This document shows, piece after piece, positions 40,001 to 48,851 of a DNA stretch of 64,000 nucleotides. The stretch lies in NCBI GenBank assembly GCA_963665665.1, contig OY762428.1:2848001-2912000 (forward strand), written 5' to 3'. This DNA comes from Candidatus Kapaibacterium sp. (GTDB lineage: Bacteria; Bacteroidota; Ignavibacteria; Kapaibacteriales; UBA2268). The translations under genes were made by a program, and so were the position numbers. A model generated the notes under the pieces. The model saw only the letters and a list, made by a program, of their open reading frames with translations. It searched no databases and was not told the origin of the DNA. Numbering within the stretch: position 1 is the first letter of the stretch; each line of letters starts with the position of its first letter.

Positions 40001-42530
40001 CAGTTCCGTCAACCGAAGCCCCCTGGGGATCGGCAAAATCCATACAGTTTTCAACAGCGCCTTCAACAATGATTATTTCATGTGCAATGTTATAAACAGA
40101 TTTCAGGGCATATTCAACAAAAGGCATTCCGTTTAATACTATCATAACAACAGAAAGCCTGACATCCCTCAAAGTTTCCTCTTCAGTGATTTCACGGCTT
40201 TTAATAAATTCCATAACCCTGTCCAGGGCGGTATTTATTTCAACATCATCAGGATTATCAAGCAATGAATAAGTGAGTAATCTTTCTGCGTCCTTCGGAT
40301 AGCCTTCATTCATCAGCCTTTCACCTTCCCGTATCAGCATCTGCTTCTCTTCGCTGTCGGTATCGGCTGATTTTACCAGGTCAACAACAATAGACATAGG
40401 GCGGTAAGGATTTTTAACCCTGTCGTCATGGTCGGGTGTTCTTAGAATATATCCTTTTGAATAATCAATATTTTTTGTGATAAATGTTCCGTCAGGAAGG
40501 TATGAATGCAGAAATTCTATACTTCCTTCGCGGCCAAACATTGTTTTCTTCAGGATTGGTTCAAGGGTCTCATAAAGCGGGAACCACTTATAGCCCGGAT
40601 TTTCCTTTGTACCTCCGCCGGCAGGATCGAATATAATATTCCCATTCTCATCCTTTTCGCAACGATCAATGATAAGCTGGCATCTATAGTCCGGAACAGA
40701 AATTCTTAGCACTCCGCCGGGTTTAAGAACACGCCAGATTTCATTGATAACGGGATGCAAAGCCTGGTAGTCAAGCCGTCCGAAAATATCCTCAGCAAGA
40801 TACAGATCAACTGATCTGTCTTCAAGAGGCATTGAGTTTGTAATATCATGAAGTATATGTCTTGGGTCAGATTTATGTTCGGAAAGCCCGATCAGTCCCT
40901 GATAATTATCATCATCGGGAATATCTCCTGCATAAAGTTTGATTTCCGGTTCAAAAATAATATCGTCGAATGTAAGTTTTTTATCAACTTCTGTTTCATG
41001 ATCTTCTGTTGCGTTTATTTCGGGCAAGTTATCAATTTCTGTTTCAGCAGGTTGCGACAAATATTCAGAATAATTATTATACACATTGATAAGAATATTT
41101 TCCGGGAGTTCTGATTCCAACTCTGCGCTGATTCTCCTGAGTAAATCAATATCGTCTGACAGGAAAAAGAGTTGAATGTTTTTGCCTTCAAGCTGCATAT
41201 CCGGATTTTCAATAATCAATATGGCCATACCTGCCGGAATTCCTTTGTGATACTGAATCCTCTGGGCATCATGAAGAGCCAGCAGCCCGCCTTCTTTCAT
41301 CAGGATTGAACCAATTTTAAGGCATTCAGCCCTTGCCCTGCCGTCAACGATAACCATATCGAATCGTTTATTCAAACTTACCGGGTGAAAAATATAATCT
41401 CTGAACGATTCTGCATCGCCGTCTGTTCCGTATGGAAATTCCATATTATTAGGTACATGATTCAGTTGTACGTTTTGCAGCCCGAATTTTTTAAGCTTTT
41501 CAGCAACTTCTTCATACCATTTTTCGTCATGTTCAATGCAATGCCATACGCTGCCGGGCGGTATCAACCTGCTATAATAAATTGTACTTGTGCCCGAACC
41601 CCATTCTAGAACATCAACCGGTAATTTGAAACGATCCAGGACATGCTCGAAAGCCTTTATCTCGTGTTCTTTCATAAATGGGAGCGGTATTTCAGAATTG
41701 TCAACAATTTGTATATTATTTATATCGGGTATATCAGGAGTTTCAATTTTATCAGTTTTAATTTCCACTTTGCAATATTCATCAATATACTTTTCCAGGC
41801 TTTCCTGAGAATCGAAAAGTGCCTGAACAGCTATTGAACTTCCAAGAACAAGGTTTTGCCGGCCAGTTTCATCCGGCAAATCAGACATGAAGTATTGTAC
41901 TCTGTCAGGTTTTGAAGCGGGATCAACATTGAACTTGGAAAAGTCCTTTCCAAACCAGCAGAATATTGGTGGAAGCTGGTCTCCAAATGGCGGTTTAACA
42001 GGGGCAAAATTGTATTTTTCGCCATTACCGCTATTAATATCTGTAATAATTTGTGAATGAATTTCATCCCGGCTCTCATTACCGGTAAAAATTCCTTTAT
42101 TTTTTAGAATATCTAATGATTGCTCTGAATTAAGCGTATTAGCTGATACCAGTAATGGTTCAGGATTTTTTATCCTGTATTCAATAAGCGATTTAATGCT
42201 ATCTGCATCGAGATAACAAATATCTGCATTTATTTGAATATATATAGTCTTAGCGTCCCGGCAGTATGAATAAAATTCCGACAGGGTTTTCTCACCCTCT
42301 GGTTTCACGCTTAGCCTTACTAATTTAATAAATTCCTTTTTTTCCCTTGCCAAAGCAATCATTGAAGAAATATAGTTTTTATTCTCTGTATTAACCCAAA
42401 TATGCCACTGGTCAATAATACCGCATTTCTCTATCCCCTTATATATAATACTGAGCAATCCTCTGTCATCAGAAGGTGTTATTGCAATTATTCTGTATTT
42501 TTCTATCATTTCCCGACCTGCTATATTCAT
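34005..42530 (-). CDS. Giant (2841 aa) multi-domain glycosyltransferase/methyltransferase
   Basis: Several SAM MTase motifs (VLEWGSG, WRVLKPGG, YLEIGVRTG..VDGDH, IIETGTYLG), two GT2 domains (VDSDE; STYNSE..NTDDR), GT9 (RPDSIGDAVL, ETGLAHVA), GT4 (PSIWEEGAGLVILEA), TPR-like segments. Confidence 0.88.
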   Translation of the reverse strand: MNIAGREMIEKYRIIAITPSDDRGLLSIIYKGIEKCGIIDQWHIWVNTENKNYISSMIALAREKKEFIKLVRLSVKPEGEKTLSEFYSYCRDAKTIYIQINADICYLDADSIKSLIEYRIKNPEPLLVSANTLNSEQSLDILKNKGIFTGNESRDEIHSQIITDINSGNGEKYNFAPVKPPFGDQLPPIFCWFGKDFSKFNVDPASKPDRVQYFMSDLPDETGRQNLVLGSSIAVQALFDSQESLEKYIDEYCKVEIKTDKIETPDIPDINNIQIVDNSEIPLPFMKEHEIKAFEHVLDRFKLPVDVLEWGSGTSTIYYSRLIPPGSVWHCIEHDEKWYEEVAEKLKKFGLQNVQLNHVPNNMEFPYGTDGDAESFRDYIFHPVSLNKRFDMVIVDGRARAECLKIGSILMKEGGLLALHDAQRIQYHKGIPAGMAILIIENPDMQLEGKNIQLFFLSDDIDLLRRISAELESELPENILINVYNNYSEYLSQPAETEIDNLPEINATEDHETEVDKKLTFDDIIFEPEIKLYAGDIPDDDNYQGLIGLSEHKSDPRHILHDITNSMPLEDRSVDLYLAEDIFGRLDYQALHPVINEIWRVLKPGGVLRISVPDYRCQLIIDRCEKDENGNIIFDPAGGGTKENPGYKWFPLYETLEPILKKTMFGREGSIEFLHSYLPDGTFITKNIDYSKGYILRTPDHDDRVKNPYRPMSIVVDLVKSADTDSEEKQMLIREGERLMNEGYPKDAERLLTYSLLDNPDDVEINTALDRVMEFIKSREITEEETLRDVRLSVVMIVLNGMPFVEYALKSVYNIAHEIIIVEGAVENCMDFADPQGASVDGTVELLENFDDPDSKIQLIRGSWPEKMQMQNKALESASGNYIFLVDSDEVYRKSDLEKILELLHENPDISQVNFIPDNFWKGFDYIFESPRFRDPGAQYRRIFKFEPGAKFIDHRPPKMLLPNGRTTEDGKIIDGSETRELGIIPCHYSYVTKNQVQQKISLYKQYGWDKLWATDLDKWMNDFYMKWTPENRAELEKEYGPWTGDKNSYTRIFDGSHPEVMLDFIKNFNSVDEPQNSNIETKKTDEKLAIEVIGSAKYQQAALDAWDYIELDEPLLRRRDTIRENIRDGVKFWNVHVGLAYLTRILKPESYLEIGVRTGGSFVQALNGVNIETAYALDMWSGQYAGMPNTMEFTKKQIEGFFSKTNSKTNLKMIQGNSHLVLKKFKDEGLKFDLINVDGDHSAEGALEDLRDAYELLNEKGAIIFDDIIHPSHGYLLDTAHQFLEEFPELKLIINSSQDNGTAIFLKNMLPDEILGNKYEANDTLQKQEKPKVKIAGQDEVEKDLTAVGKESEFGSAIHSLFKEIRPKKIIETGTYLGTGTTTIIAGSIKRIGIENAAFLSIEVNPLHIRHAYFNLQNNGLIENVKLLHGLSVPRRMLPTMQEIKDRTVENIEFEDIFVDHKEHERAMNYYRETNFSDVPDDILGKSLAQFQNKPDFVLLDSAGHIGYVEFQYLIQLLEGPCYIALDDIYHIKHHKSFLEMKSDPRFEIIVDSKEKFGFCIAKFNPEYGDKGSKKKNRLLYIRPDSIGDAVLSASMLPEFRAKFGDHDIIAVCDNKLTDFYKACPYIDEVISFDGLLLQADDNYRVEFINKLKELEADIALHPVYSRTEHGDAMVLGSNAKETVAIEGDTSNMPYDVLLKNNGRYSKIIPSPGEYKNEIQRHQDFLSGLGIEKTELKPRIWLNKEEINYTDSLFAENGLAPEKTIALFAGAQFDVRLYKEYGKAISQICKERGLSIITLGSESDYKINQQCIDDAGVRAINLSGKTTILQAAAIIKKCRAAIGAETGLAHVACAVGTPNAILLGGGHFGRFMPYSGLTTIAAAPVECFSCNWECFYQTPYCVKDIPKSLIESAFKRTLDNKNERPLILTADREEWNKKHSSPKLIDLKEYSLFENIDVEEISFSRDKIIDNPPDNEIKVSAIISTYNSEKFIKGCLENLCEQSIFDSSELIVIDSGSEENEKEIVMEFRSRCPNIKYIRTESRESLYTAWNRAVKYARGKYLINTNTDDRLRNDAFEVLSNILDRNSDLGLVYADSLITDIENETFGNNSAKLKYAWPDFNIGTALSTSLFGSNPMWRREAHLTVGLFDEELEVAGDYDLFIRIAHRFGAAHLKENLSLFLKRDDSLSGKDNALKTAKELRYIMSRFRKEIPLTDIYPGRDRFKEDKTALAAALWDLGNLCMLSPYRDFPMALDMFKKALNLQGLTPDFRSRLVKMFYNNAGIISFCSGDIKQAQELWKRSMTLPETTENIKYLQQNTSGQFHAPINFAVSLLLHDVVKESRKARAFVIENNELIAIETEQEFSDVYTGPSGIPIAEPEENEIPSNPAVIIPAGKGKVKKRNEKHPAILFTMFGWNESGGGTLHPRSLARYFAARGYDVAVFFAGLKHPKVKEQYFFEESNDSGVHLFGVYNRPVDMTDELNPAREIKDEKIVSLFESTLERFEPDIVHFHNFLGLSFAIADVAEAKGIPTVYTPHNYHFIDPLLYMFNNDMRKWKNTDFFANSPLAKVFPEREELYRQRFDKARELINEKLNITLAISTRVKELLSEFGANKNKMAVVHQIPDNMSALISSKNELKAQHHPARFGFFGTVIPHKGIHKIIGAAKRVDPENTEFIIHGFASQIYKNELLKLYNSENIKWTGPYHRREMASLGNELDAVIVPSIWEEGAGLVILEALSLGLPVIGAEIGGIPDFIEHDRNGFLYDHNSEQELANIIRGLANNPGGIEDISRQIIIPYDYEYYAGHLLGIYKSLCDKNLRPGKANLIFKDELNKRPGQERLF

Positions 42531-42661
42531 TATGGTTTAAAATAGCAAAAGGGTAAATAACAGCAAAATCATTGCCAAACTAAATAAAGGATAGTTTTCA
42601 ACATTTAGAGGTTAGTGGAATATTATTTTGAAACGGATAATTCAAGTACCAAAACAATATT

Positions 42662-42694
42662 AAAAAAGCCCCTTCAATTTTGAATCAAAGGGGC
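42662..42694 (-). terminator. Rho-independent terminator on the minus strand, upstream of the giant GT gene
   Basis: GCCCCTT...AAGGGGC followed by T6 on the minus strand. Confidence 0.65.
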
Positions 42695-42837
42695 CGGCTT
42701 ATAATTAATATCAAAAATCCTGATCCGCGAGGGAAAATTAATAAGTTATAGAAACAAGCCGCAAATTAGTATGTTGTTTATATTAATGAAATTTGCCATA
42801 TCAATTTATCTAAACTATGAAATATTATCATGCCTGA

Positions 42838-42924
42838 CCTCACCAAACCCTTCCGAAGGAGGGGCTTACTGCAAAGCCCTCCCCTTCGGGAAGGCGTGGC
42901 CCCTTACGAGGGTTAGGAGGGGTC
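42838..42924. repeat. GC-rich REP/MITE-like palindromic element
   Basis: CCCTTCCGAAGGAGGGGC...GCCCTCCCCTTCGGGAAGG...GGGTTAGGAGGGG inside an AT-rich intergenic region. Confidence 0.55.
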
Positions 42925-43097
42925 GTAAACTGAATTGAAACAATCAAAACTGTAACATTAAAAATTACGTGGATTCCGGATGTCTGATTTTAATAATGAG
43001 AATTTAAACAGTATATCTATAAAAAAAGTCAGGTATTTGTATACCTTATTTATTATCTTAGCTTAATAAAGTATTGCTAATATCGGAGGGAGTAAAC

Positions 43098-44399
43098 ATG
43101 TTTCGACTGATAATTATTACAGCGATATTAATTTTTGCACCTTTGCAGGGAAGCAATTTACTGATTTCGCGAACTTCAGGTGCTGACATATATATTATTG
43201 AAATAGATGGCGGGATAGGCCCCGCAACGGCTTCCTATATCGGGAATAATCTGGAGAAAGCCGCTGATGATAAAGTGGAAGCTCTGATTATCAGGCTGAA
43301 TACTCCGGGTGGCCTGCTGGAATCCACAAGAGATATTGTAAGTTCAATACTTGAATCTCCCGTTCCGGTTATTGTGTTTGTTGGTCCCGGTGGTGCCCGT
43401 GCCGGGTCGGCAGGAGTATTTATCACTCTGGCAGCAAATATTGCCGTAATGGCTCCGGGAACTAATATCGGAGCTGCTCATCCGGTGGGTATTGGCGGAG
43501 AATCCGATTCAAGCGCTATGTTCGATAAAGTTACTAATGATGCTTCGGCTTTTATCAGGTCCATTGCCCAGAAACGCGGCAGGAATGAAGAATGGGCCGA
43601 ACTCGCGGTAAGGGAATCAATATCTGCAACTGAAAATGAAGCCCTGGAATCTGAAGTTATTGATTATGTGACGGATGATATTGAATCAGTAATTTCAGTT
43701 ATTGATGGCGATACGGTGGATTGTGCAGGTAAGCAAATAGTTCTGAAAACGAAAAATGCAAATCTTGTTTTTATCGAAAAGAACTGGCGCGAGAAAATGC
43801 TGGATGTTCTCAGCAATCCGAATTTCGCATATATTTTTATGATGCTTGCTATTTATGGGATATTGTTCGAACTGTATAATCCCGGTGCAATTTTTCCGGG
43901 CGTTATAGGAGGAATTTCAGCAGTTCTGGCAGCTTACAGCCTGCAAATGCTTCCCGTTAATTATGCCGGGCTTGGGCTGATAATGCTCTCGGTGATACTT
44001 TTTATTATCGAGATTAAAGTGCAAAGCTATGGTATGCTGACTGTGGGTGGTGTTTTGTCCCTGCTTCTTGGTTCTATTATGCTAATCGATTCGCCATTTG
44101 AATTCATGGAAATATCATTAACTGTAATTATTACAGCGGTGGTGCTTACAACTGCTTTCTTTTCAGTTGTTATTGCGCTCGGGCTGAAAGCACAGCAGGC
44201 AAAGAAAACAGGGGGGAGCGATGGTATAGCAGGAGAAAAAGGTGTGGCAATACAGAATATCAGCCCGGGTATCAAGGGCAAAGTAAAAGTTCACGGAGAG
44301 ATTTGGCAGGCGGAATCCAAAGAATCAATTATAAGTGGCGACAGGATAGTTGTAAAAGATGCAATTGGATTTGTGCTTAAAGTGATTAAGGACAAGTAA
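43098..44399 (+). CDS. nfeD: NfeD-family membrane-bound ClpP-class serine protease
   Basis: LNTPGGL, RAGSAGVFI, APGTNIGAAHPV, TM block, C-terminal OB domain (GKVKVHGEIWQA). Confidence 0.9.
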   Translation: MFRLIIITAILIFAPLQGSNLLISRTSGADIYIIEIDGGIGPATASYIGNNLEKAADDKVEALIIRLNTPGGLLESTRDIVSSILESPVPVIVFVGPGGARAGSAGVFITLAANIAVMAPGTNIGAAHPVGIGGESDSSAMFDKVTNDASAFIRSIAQKRGRNEEWAELAVRESISATENEALESEVIDYVTDDIESVISVIDGDTVDCAGKQIVLKTKNANLVFIEKNWREKMLDVLSNPNFAYIFMMLAIYGILFELYNPGAIFPGVIGGISAVLAAYSLQMLPVNYAGLGLIMLSVILFIIEIKVQSYGMLTVGGVLSLLLGSIMLIDSPFEFMEISLTVIITAVVLTTAFFSVVIALGLKAQQAKKTGGSDGIAGEKGVAIQNISPGIKGKVKVHGEIWQAESKESIISGDRIVVKDAIGFVLKVIKDK

Positions 44400-44515
44400 C
44401 AGCAGGAATTTCAGTTTGCTTTCATTTTGTGTTTAAAATATAATGCTATTTGCTTTTACGGAAATTGGTGGATATTTGATTTATATGTTTTCTGTCAATA
44501 TATTATTGTCTTTTT

Positions 44516-45925
44516 TCAATTCTGAGCCTTGCTGTATGCCTTTCCTGCAAGCAATGCAAATATCAGAGCTAAAGTACAAAAAATGGCACCGGCAATGAAT
44601 ATATCCTGAAAACCTGGTATCATGGATGATTTTGATATGCCTGATACTCCTGAGTTTGCTGAATCATTTGAATTCAAACCAAATGAATATATCATTTCGA
44701 AAAATGTGATCCCCGCTGCCATCGAGAATCTGTAAACTGTCTGTTCTGTACCGAATAATGATCCCTGGGCATCAGCCCTGCCAAGATTTTTAACAAAATT
44801 GTGGTTGGGGGAATTGAAGGATCCGAAAGCAACTCCAAGCAGAAACAAACATCCGATAACTACATAAATATTTTCTAAATGCAGAAACAATGCAAATAAA
44901 AGGGCCGCCGATGCTGCAAGCAACATAGCAGATGAACAAAATACCGTAGAGCCTTTTATTGATGACCATTTTCCTGCAATCGGCCCGACAAACATCAAAG
45001 GAAGGGCATAACTGAGAAGAACCATACCGGATTCTTCGGAATTAAGCCCGATAATATTTTCCAGGTAGAATGGCATGAAAAAATTACTTGAAGCAAGAAA
45101 AATATACCCGGCCATTCCGGAGAGAACTGCAAAAACCAGTGCTTTGTTTTTGAACAATGAAAAATCGATCAGGGGGTTGTGGACTCTTTTCTCAAATAAT
45201 ATAAATGCTGTAAGACCGATTACAAAAATTGCAATTAGTATTAATATCTGTTCCGAAAACCAGCCAATATCTCCACCCTTATTAAGAATATATAGAAAAC
45301 TGATAACGGTTATAATGTATAAAATTAATCCAACATAGTCAGGTTTAACTTTTTTAGTGATTGTGCTGACTTTTTCGTGCAGCTTTGTAGATACAATATA
45401 TATAGCCAGCAGTCCTATTGGAATATTTATCAGGAAAATCCATTGCCAGCTGAGATATCCGGTTAATAGGCCGCCGACAGGATTGCCCAGAGTGGTTCCA
45501 ACAGCTGCCGAAGTGGTTATTACCCCGAATACCTTGCCTGTTTGTTCCGGAGGAAAGAATTTGGGAACAAACACGAAAACACCGATATTCAGTGCAGCGC
45601 CCCCTACCCCCTGAAAGAACCTGCTGAAGATCAACATGTATATGTTCGTGCTTAAAGCACACAGTATCGAAAAAAGTACAAATATTGAATACCCGGCAAG
45701 TATAATTTTTTTTACGCCGTAAATATCACACAGCCTGCCGAAGAAGAGTAATGTGCAACTTACTGCTAACAAATAGACCATAACACACCACGATACAAGG
45801 CCCGTATCAACGGAAAAATAATCTGCTATGGTGGGCAATGAAACATTAACGATTGTCCCGTCCAGCTGAACCATTAAAACGGCTAATATCAGGCTGAAGG
45901 AAGCTGCTTTATTTTCTTTGAACAA
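44516..45925 (-). CDS. MFS transporter, DHA2 (14-TM drug:H+ antiporter) family
   Basis: LDGTIVNVSLPTI, FGRLCDIYG, SRFFQGVG, WQWIFLINIPIG, PLIDFSLFKN. Confidence 0.9.
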   Translation of the reverse strand: MFKENKAASFSLILAVLMVQLDGTIVNVSLPTIADYFSVDTGLVSWCVMVYLLAVSCTLLFFGRLCDIYGVKKIILAGYSIFVLFSILCALSTNIYMLIFSRFFQGVGGAALNIGVFVFVPKFFPPEQTGKVFGVITTSAAVGTTLGNPVGGLLTGYLSWQWIFLINIPIGLLAIYIVSTKLHEKVSTITKKVKPDYVGLILYIITVISFLYILNKGGDIGWFSEQILILIAIFVIGLTAFILFEKRVHNPLIDFSLFKNKALVFAVLSGMAGYIFLASSNFFMPFYLENIIGLNSEESGMVLLSYALPLMFVGPIAGKWSSIKGSTVFCSSAMLLAASAALLFALFLHLENIYVVIGCLFLLGVAFGSFNSPNHNFVKNLGRADAQGSLFGTEQTVYRFSMAAGITFFEMIYSFGLNSNDSANSGVSGISKSSMIPGFQDIFIAGAIFCTLALIFALLAGKAYSKAQN

Positions 45926-45928
45926 TAT

Positions 45929-47023
45929 TTACACCCAGTTGGTTACATATTTAATCAAATCATCCTTTGTCATTCCGCTTAGCCCGAGATTTTCCACATT
46001 CCTTCCATTATCGGTGTAACTCACCTGATTTGCTATGGAAGCTATCTGTATAATAGAATCAATGGCCGGAGTATCCACTCCGATTATATCTCCAAGGTTG
46101 GCAACGGTAACTAATCCGTAAGGAACATCTTCGGTAACATAGCGATGGAATAAATTGTTTGGAGCCATCTGTACTTTATGTGCACTAATCTGGATTTCAG
46201 TTTCATAGATAGTTGCGGATTTAACTTTATACATAATATCTGCAAATTCCAGGAAAGTAAAAGATTCATAGCAAATTGCCCTTGATACATCCACTCTTTC
46301 TTTGTCGACAGCTTCCATGATCCTGCCAACAGATGGTGTTGTATCATAGTTAGAAGTTCTGTAAGGCCCCATCTGTTCAATTCGGCTCATGTTCATTAAT
46401 GTTGTAATAGGGTGAATAACCATGCCCGGATCGTTAATACTGGTTTCAAGCACATTGAATGACGGGCTGAGCTGTGGAAATACATCCATTAATCTCCAGA
46501 TGATCTCTGCTGTTCTTTTGGCCGGAAAAGCCGCAAACGGAAGCTGGCTTTTGACAGCTTTAATATTTATATGCCCGATACCTTTTGTTTTTGCGGCATA
46601 TAGCAGGCAATTTGTTTCCCCAAAAAGAAAATCGTCTTTTCTTCCGGTATCAGTAAGTTTTTTTGCGAAAAGCAGCGAGGCAAATTTCCCGGGGTTGAAT
46701 ATTACTATTTGGCCTTTTGTACCATGCTCAATTATCAGGTCCATATATCTGTCCTGACCGAAGGCCGGAACAACTATCATTATTATTTCTGCATCTTTAA
46801 TAGCTGCCTGAACATCGGTTGTTATCATGTCAAGTTTTGCAAATCCGGGTTCCACACCGGAAGAAGTAACACCTTCAACAACTATACCGCCAAAAACCTT
46901 TAATAATTTAATATTTGTTGAGTGCTCGGGAACTGCGGCAAAGCGAACCGAGTGCCCGGCAAGAGCAAGGTCTGCTGCCATGGCCTGCCCGCCATGCCCG
47001 GCTCCTAATATTGCTATTATCAT
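45929..47023 (-). CDS. NAD/NADP octopine/nopaline (opine) dehydrogenase family
   Basis: GAGHGGQAMAADL, VVPAFG, IHP...MNMSRIE, VDKER, HRYVTEDVPYGL. Confidence 0.88.
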   Translation of the reverse strand: MIIAILGAGHGGQAMAADLALAGHSVRFAAVPEHSTNIKLLKVFGGIVVEGVTSSGVEPGFAKLDMITTDVQAAIKDAEIIMIVVPAFGQDRYMDLIIEHGTKGQIVIFNPGKFASLLFAKKLTDTGRKDDFLFGETNCLLYAAKTKGIGHINIKAVKSQLPFAAFPAKRTAEIIWRLMDVFPQLSPSFNVLETSINDPGMVIHPITTLMNMSRIEQMGPYRTSNYDTTPSVGRIMEAVDKERVDVSRAICYESFTFLEFADIMYKVKSATIYETEIQISAHKVQMAPNNLFHRYVTEDVPYGLVTVANLGDIIGVDTPAIDSIIQIASIANQVSYTDNGRNVENLGLSGMTKDDLIKYVTNWV

Positions 47024-47034
47024 TTATCAATCCT

Positions 47035-48393
47035 TTAATTATACAAACACCATCCACCGTCGACAACAATCCTGCCATTTATTATAACAGTTTCTACTTT
47101 TGCCAGGTTTAATTTATCAACCAGAACAAGGTCTGCAATTTTTCCTTCTTCAATTAACCCGCGCCCGATAAAGCTATTTCCGAATATTTCAGGTATCCGG
47201 CCTGTCGCCATGTGAATACCTTCAGCAAGGCCTAATAAACCCCTTTTGAAAAAATACTGAATCAATTCGAGTATGCCGTCCCATACTCCTCCTCCGAAAT
47301 CGGTTGTAATTATATCCGGTAGTCCTTCAGTTAAAAGGGCTGTCATGTTTTCAATAGATTCTTTATTGTAGCCGCTGAAACTATTAATACTTGCAAGGTC
47401 GATGATAACGCCTTCATCTTTCAGTTTCTTCGCCCATGAAACACATTCTTCAAGTGTGAATGTAGTATGGTTGCAATGTGCAGCAATAATTGTTGTTGTT
47501 GATCTTTTCTTTAATGCAAGTTCATATATTTTCGCAGCTGATGTTGATGCATGGTGGAAAATTATCGGCAATTCATGATCTTCTGCAAATTCAAATGCTT
47601 CATCAAAACTTTTCAGTGAGTAGTTAACCGGTTTATTAGTATAAAAATCATAAATCTCAGCAATTTCCTCCAAACTTATCTTTGAATCAAGGCCAAATTT
47701 GATGATGAGTTCAGTCATTTTTTCTGTTTTTCGCTTCTTATCAAAATATCCGGATTCCAGGAATTCTTTTTTCAATTCCCTGACCTGTTCTACGGTAAGG
47801 CTTACACTAGTCCTCTTTTCAATCGATTCCGGTATATATTTATATTCGCTTACCCCACCGCCCAGGGTAGCTCCGCTTCCAATTTCTCCGATCAGGACAG
47901 CACCGCCGGCAAGCGCTTTTTCTGCATTCATTCTAAAATGTTTATCTTTCATGCCGGAAGCATCGATGATTTTGGCAGCTTTATAAGTTGAAGGGAACTG
48001 CGCTGTAGTATTATAAATATTTACCGGGTGGCTGTTGTTTACTATGTCATACTCTTCCTTTGTGCCCATTCCGCATACATTTATCAGTGATGTGGTTCCC
48101 TGCAGCATGTGTCTGTCTGTATTTCTCAGGGCTTTTTTTAATGATGCCGGTTTGGCGCCGCTGGTATATAAAGGGCCTGTCGAGCATCCGTGGGTGTGAC
48201 TGTTAATTATCCCCGGGATCAGGTAACAGCCTGAGCCATCGAGTACATTCCCGGCTTCCGATAAAACTGAATCAGGTATTCCGGATTGGGATACATGCCG
48301 GATATAGCCGTTATCAATTCCTGTCCATGCGTTCTTGAGAATAGAATGTCCGTCGCCGGTAATAATATCGCAGTTTTTAATTATTAAATCCAT
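47035..48393 (-). CDS. Amidohydrolase superfamily protein (start moved to ATG 48393)
   Basis: MDLIIKN, LIPGIINSHTHG, GTTS, AAHCNH, ITTDFGG, GLIEEGKIADLV. Confidence 0.85.
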   Translation of the reverse strand: MDLIIKNCDIITGDGHSILKNAWTGIDNGYIRHVSQSGIPDSVLSEAGNVLDGSGCYLIPGIINSHTHGCSTGPLYTSGAKPASLKKALRNTDRHMLQGTTSLINVCGMGTKEEYDIVNNSHPVNIYNTTAQFPSTYKAAKIIDASGMKDKHFRMNAEKALAGGAVLIGEIGSGATLGGGVSEYKYIPESIEKRTSVSLTVEQVRELKKEFLESGYFDKKRKTEKMTELIIKFGLDSKISLEEIAEIYDFYTNKPVNYSLKSFDEAFEFAEDHELPIIFHHASTSAAKIYELALKKRSTTTIIAAHCNHTTFTLEECVSWAKKLKDEGVIIDLASINSFSGYNKESIENMTALLTEGLPDIITTDFGGGVWDGILELIQYFFKRGLLGLAEGIHMATGRIPEIFGNSFIGRGLIEEGKIADLVLVDKLNLAKVETVIINGRIVVDGGWCLYN

Positions 48394-48789
48394 TATTTCC
48401 CAGGTATTAATTACATATTTGATCACAGTTGCAAACCCCAAGGTAAATTTTGGGATGAATTGTGCAGCAAGCTGCGTGGTGTTTACCCGTCGACTTGTGG
48501 CCCCGAATTGCCGGGGCTGTCAAATTTCATTTAGCTTTGGCAATGAAATTTGTGTCTCAGGAATAAAATACGTAAAGTTGATCAATTTTTTAAAATAAAT
48601 CATCAATTATTACGGCCAATATGTAAATTTTTTTAATTATAAGGCATTCTTCAAGCTTTGGATCATTTTAAAAGAACTGTAATTAGAAATAATTTATAAT
48701 AAATGGCCTGTTATAATAATGCTGATTTATTTCTTGTGGGTATTATTCGGGTGTTTGGGTTAGGCAAAATGATTGAAAAATATTAATAA

Positions 48790-48822
48790 AAAGAAAAAAA
48801 ACTGCTCCCGGAAGAGAGCAGT
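48790..48822 (-). terminator. Terminator downstream of groES
   Basis: ACTGCTC-N8-GAGCAGT followed by a long T run on the minus strand. Confidence 0.7.
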
Positions 48823-48851
48823 CAACAACATTTTATAATCTTTTTCAGTGA

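Noticed and set aside
43098-44399. NfeD lacking an adjacent stomatin/SPFH partner as a novelty
   Set aside because: The partner may be elsewhere in the genome; unlinked nfeD genes are not remarkable
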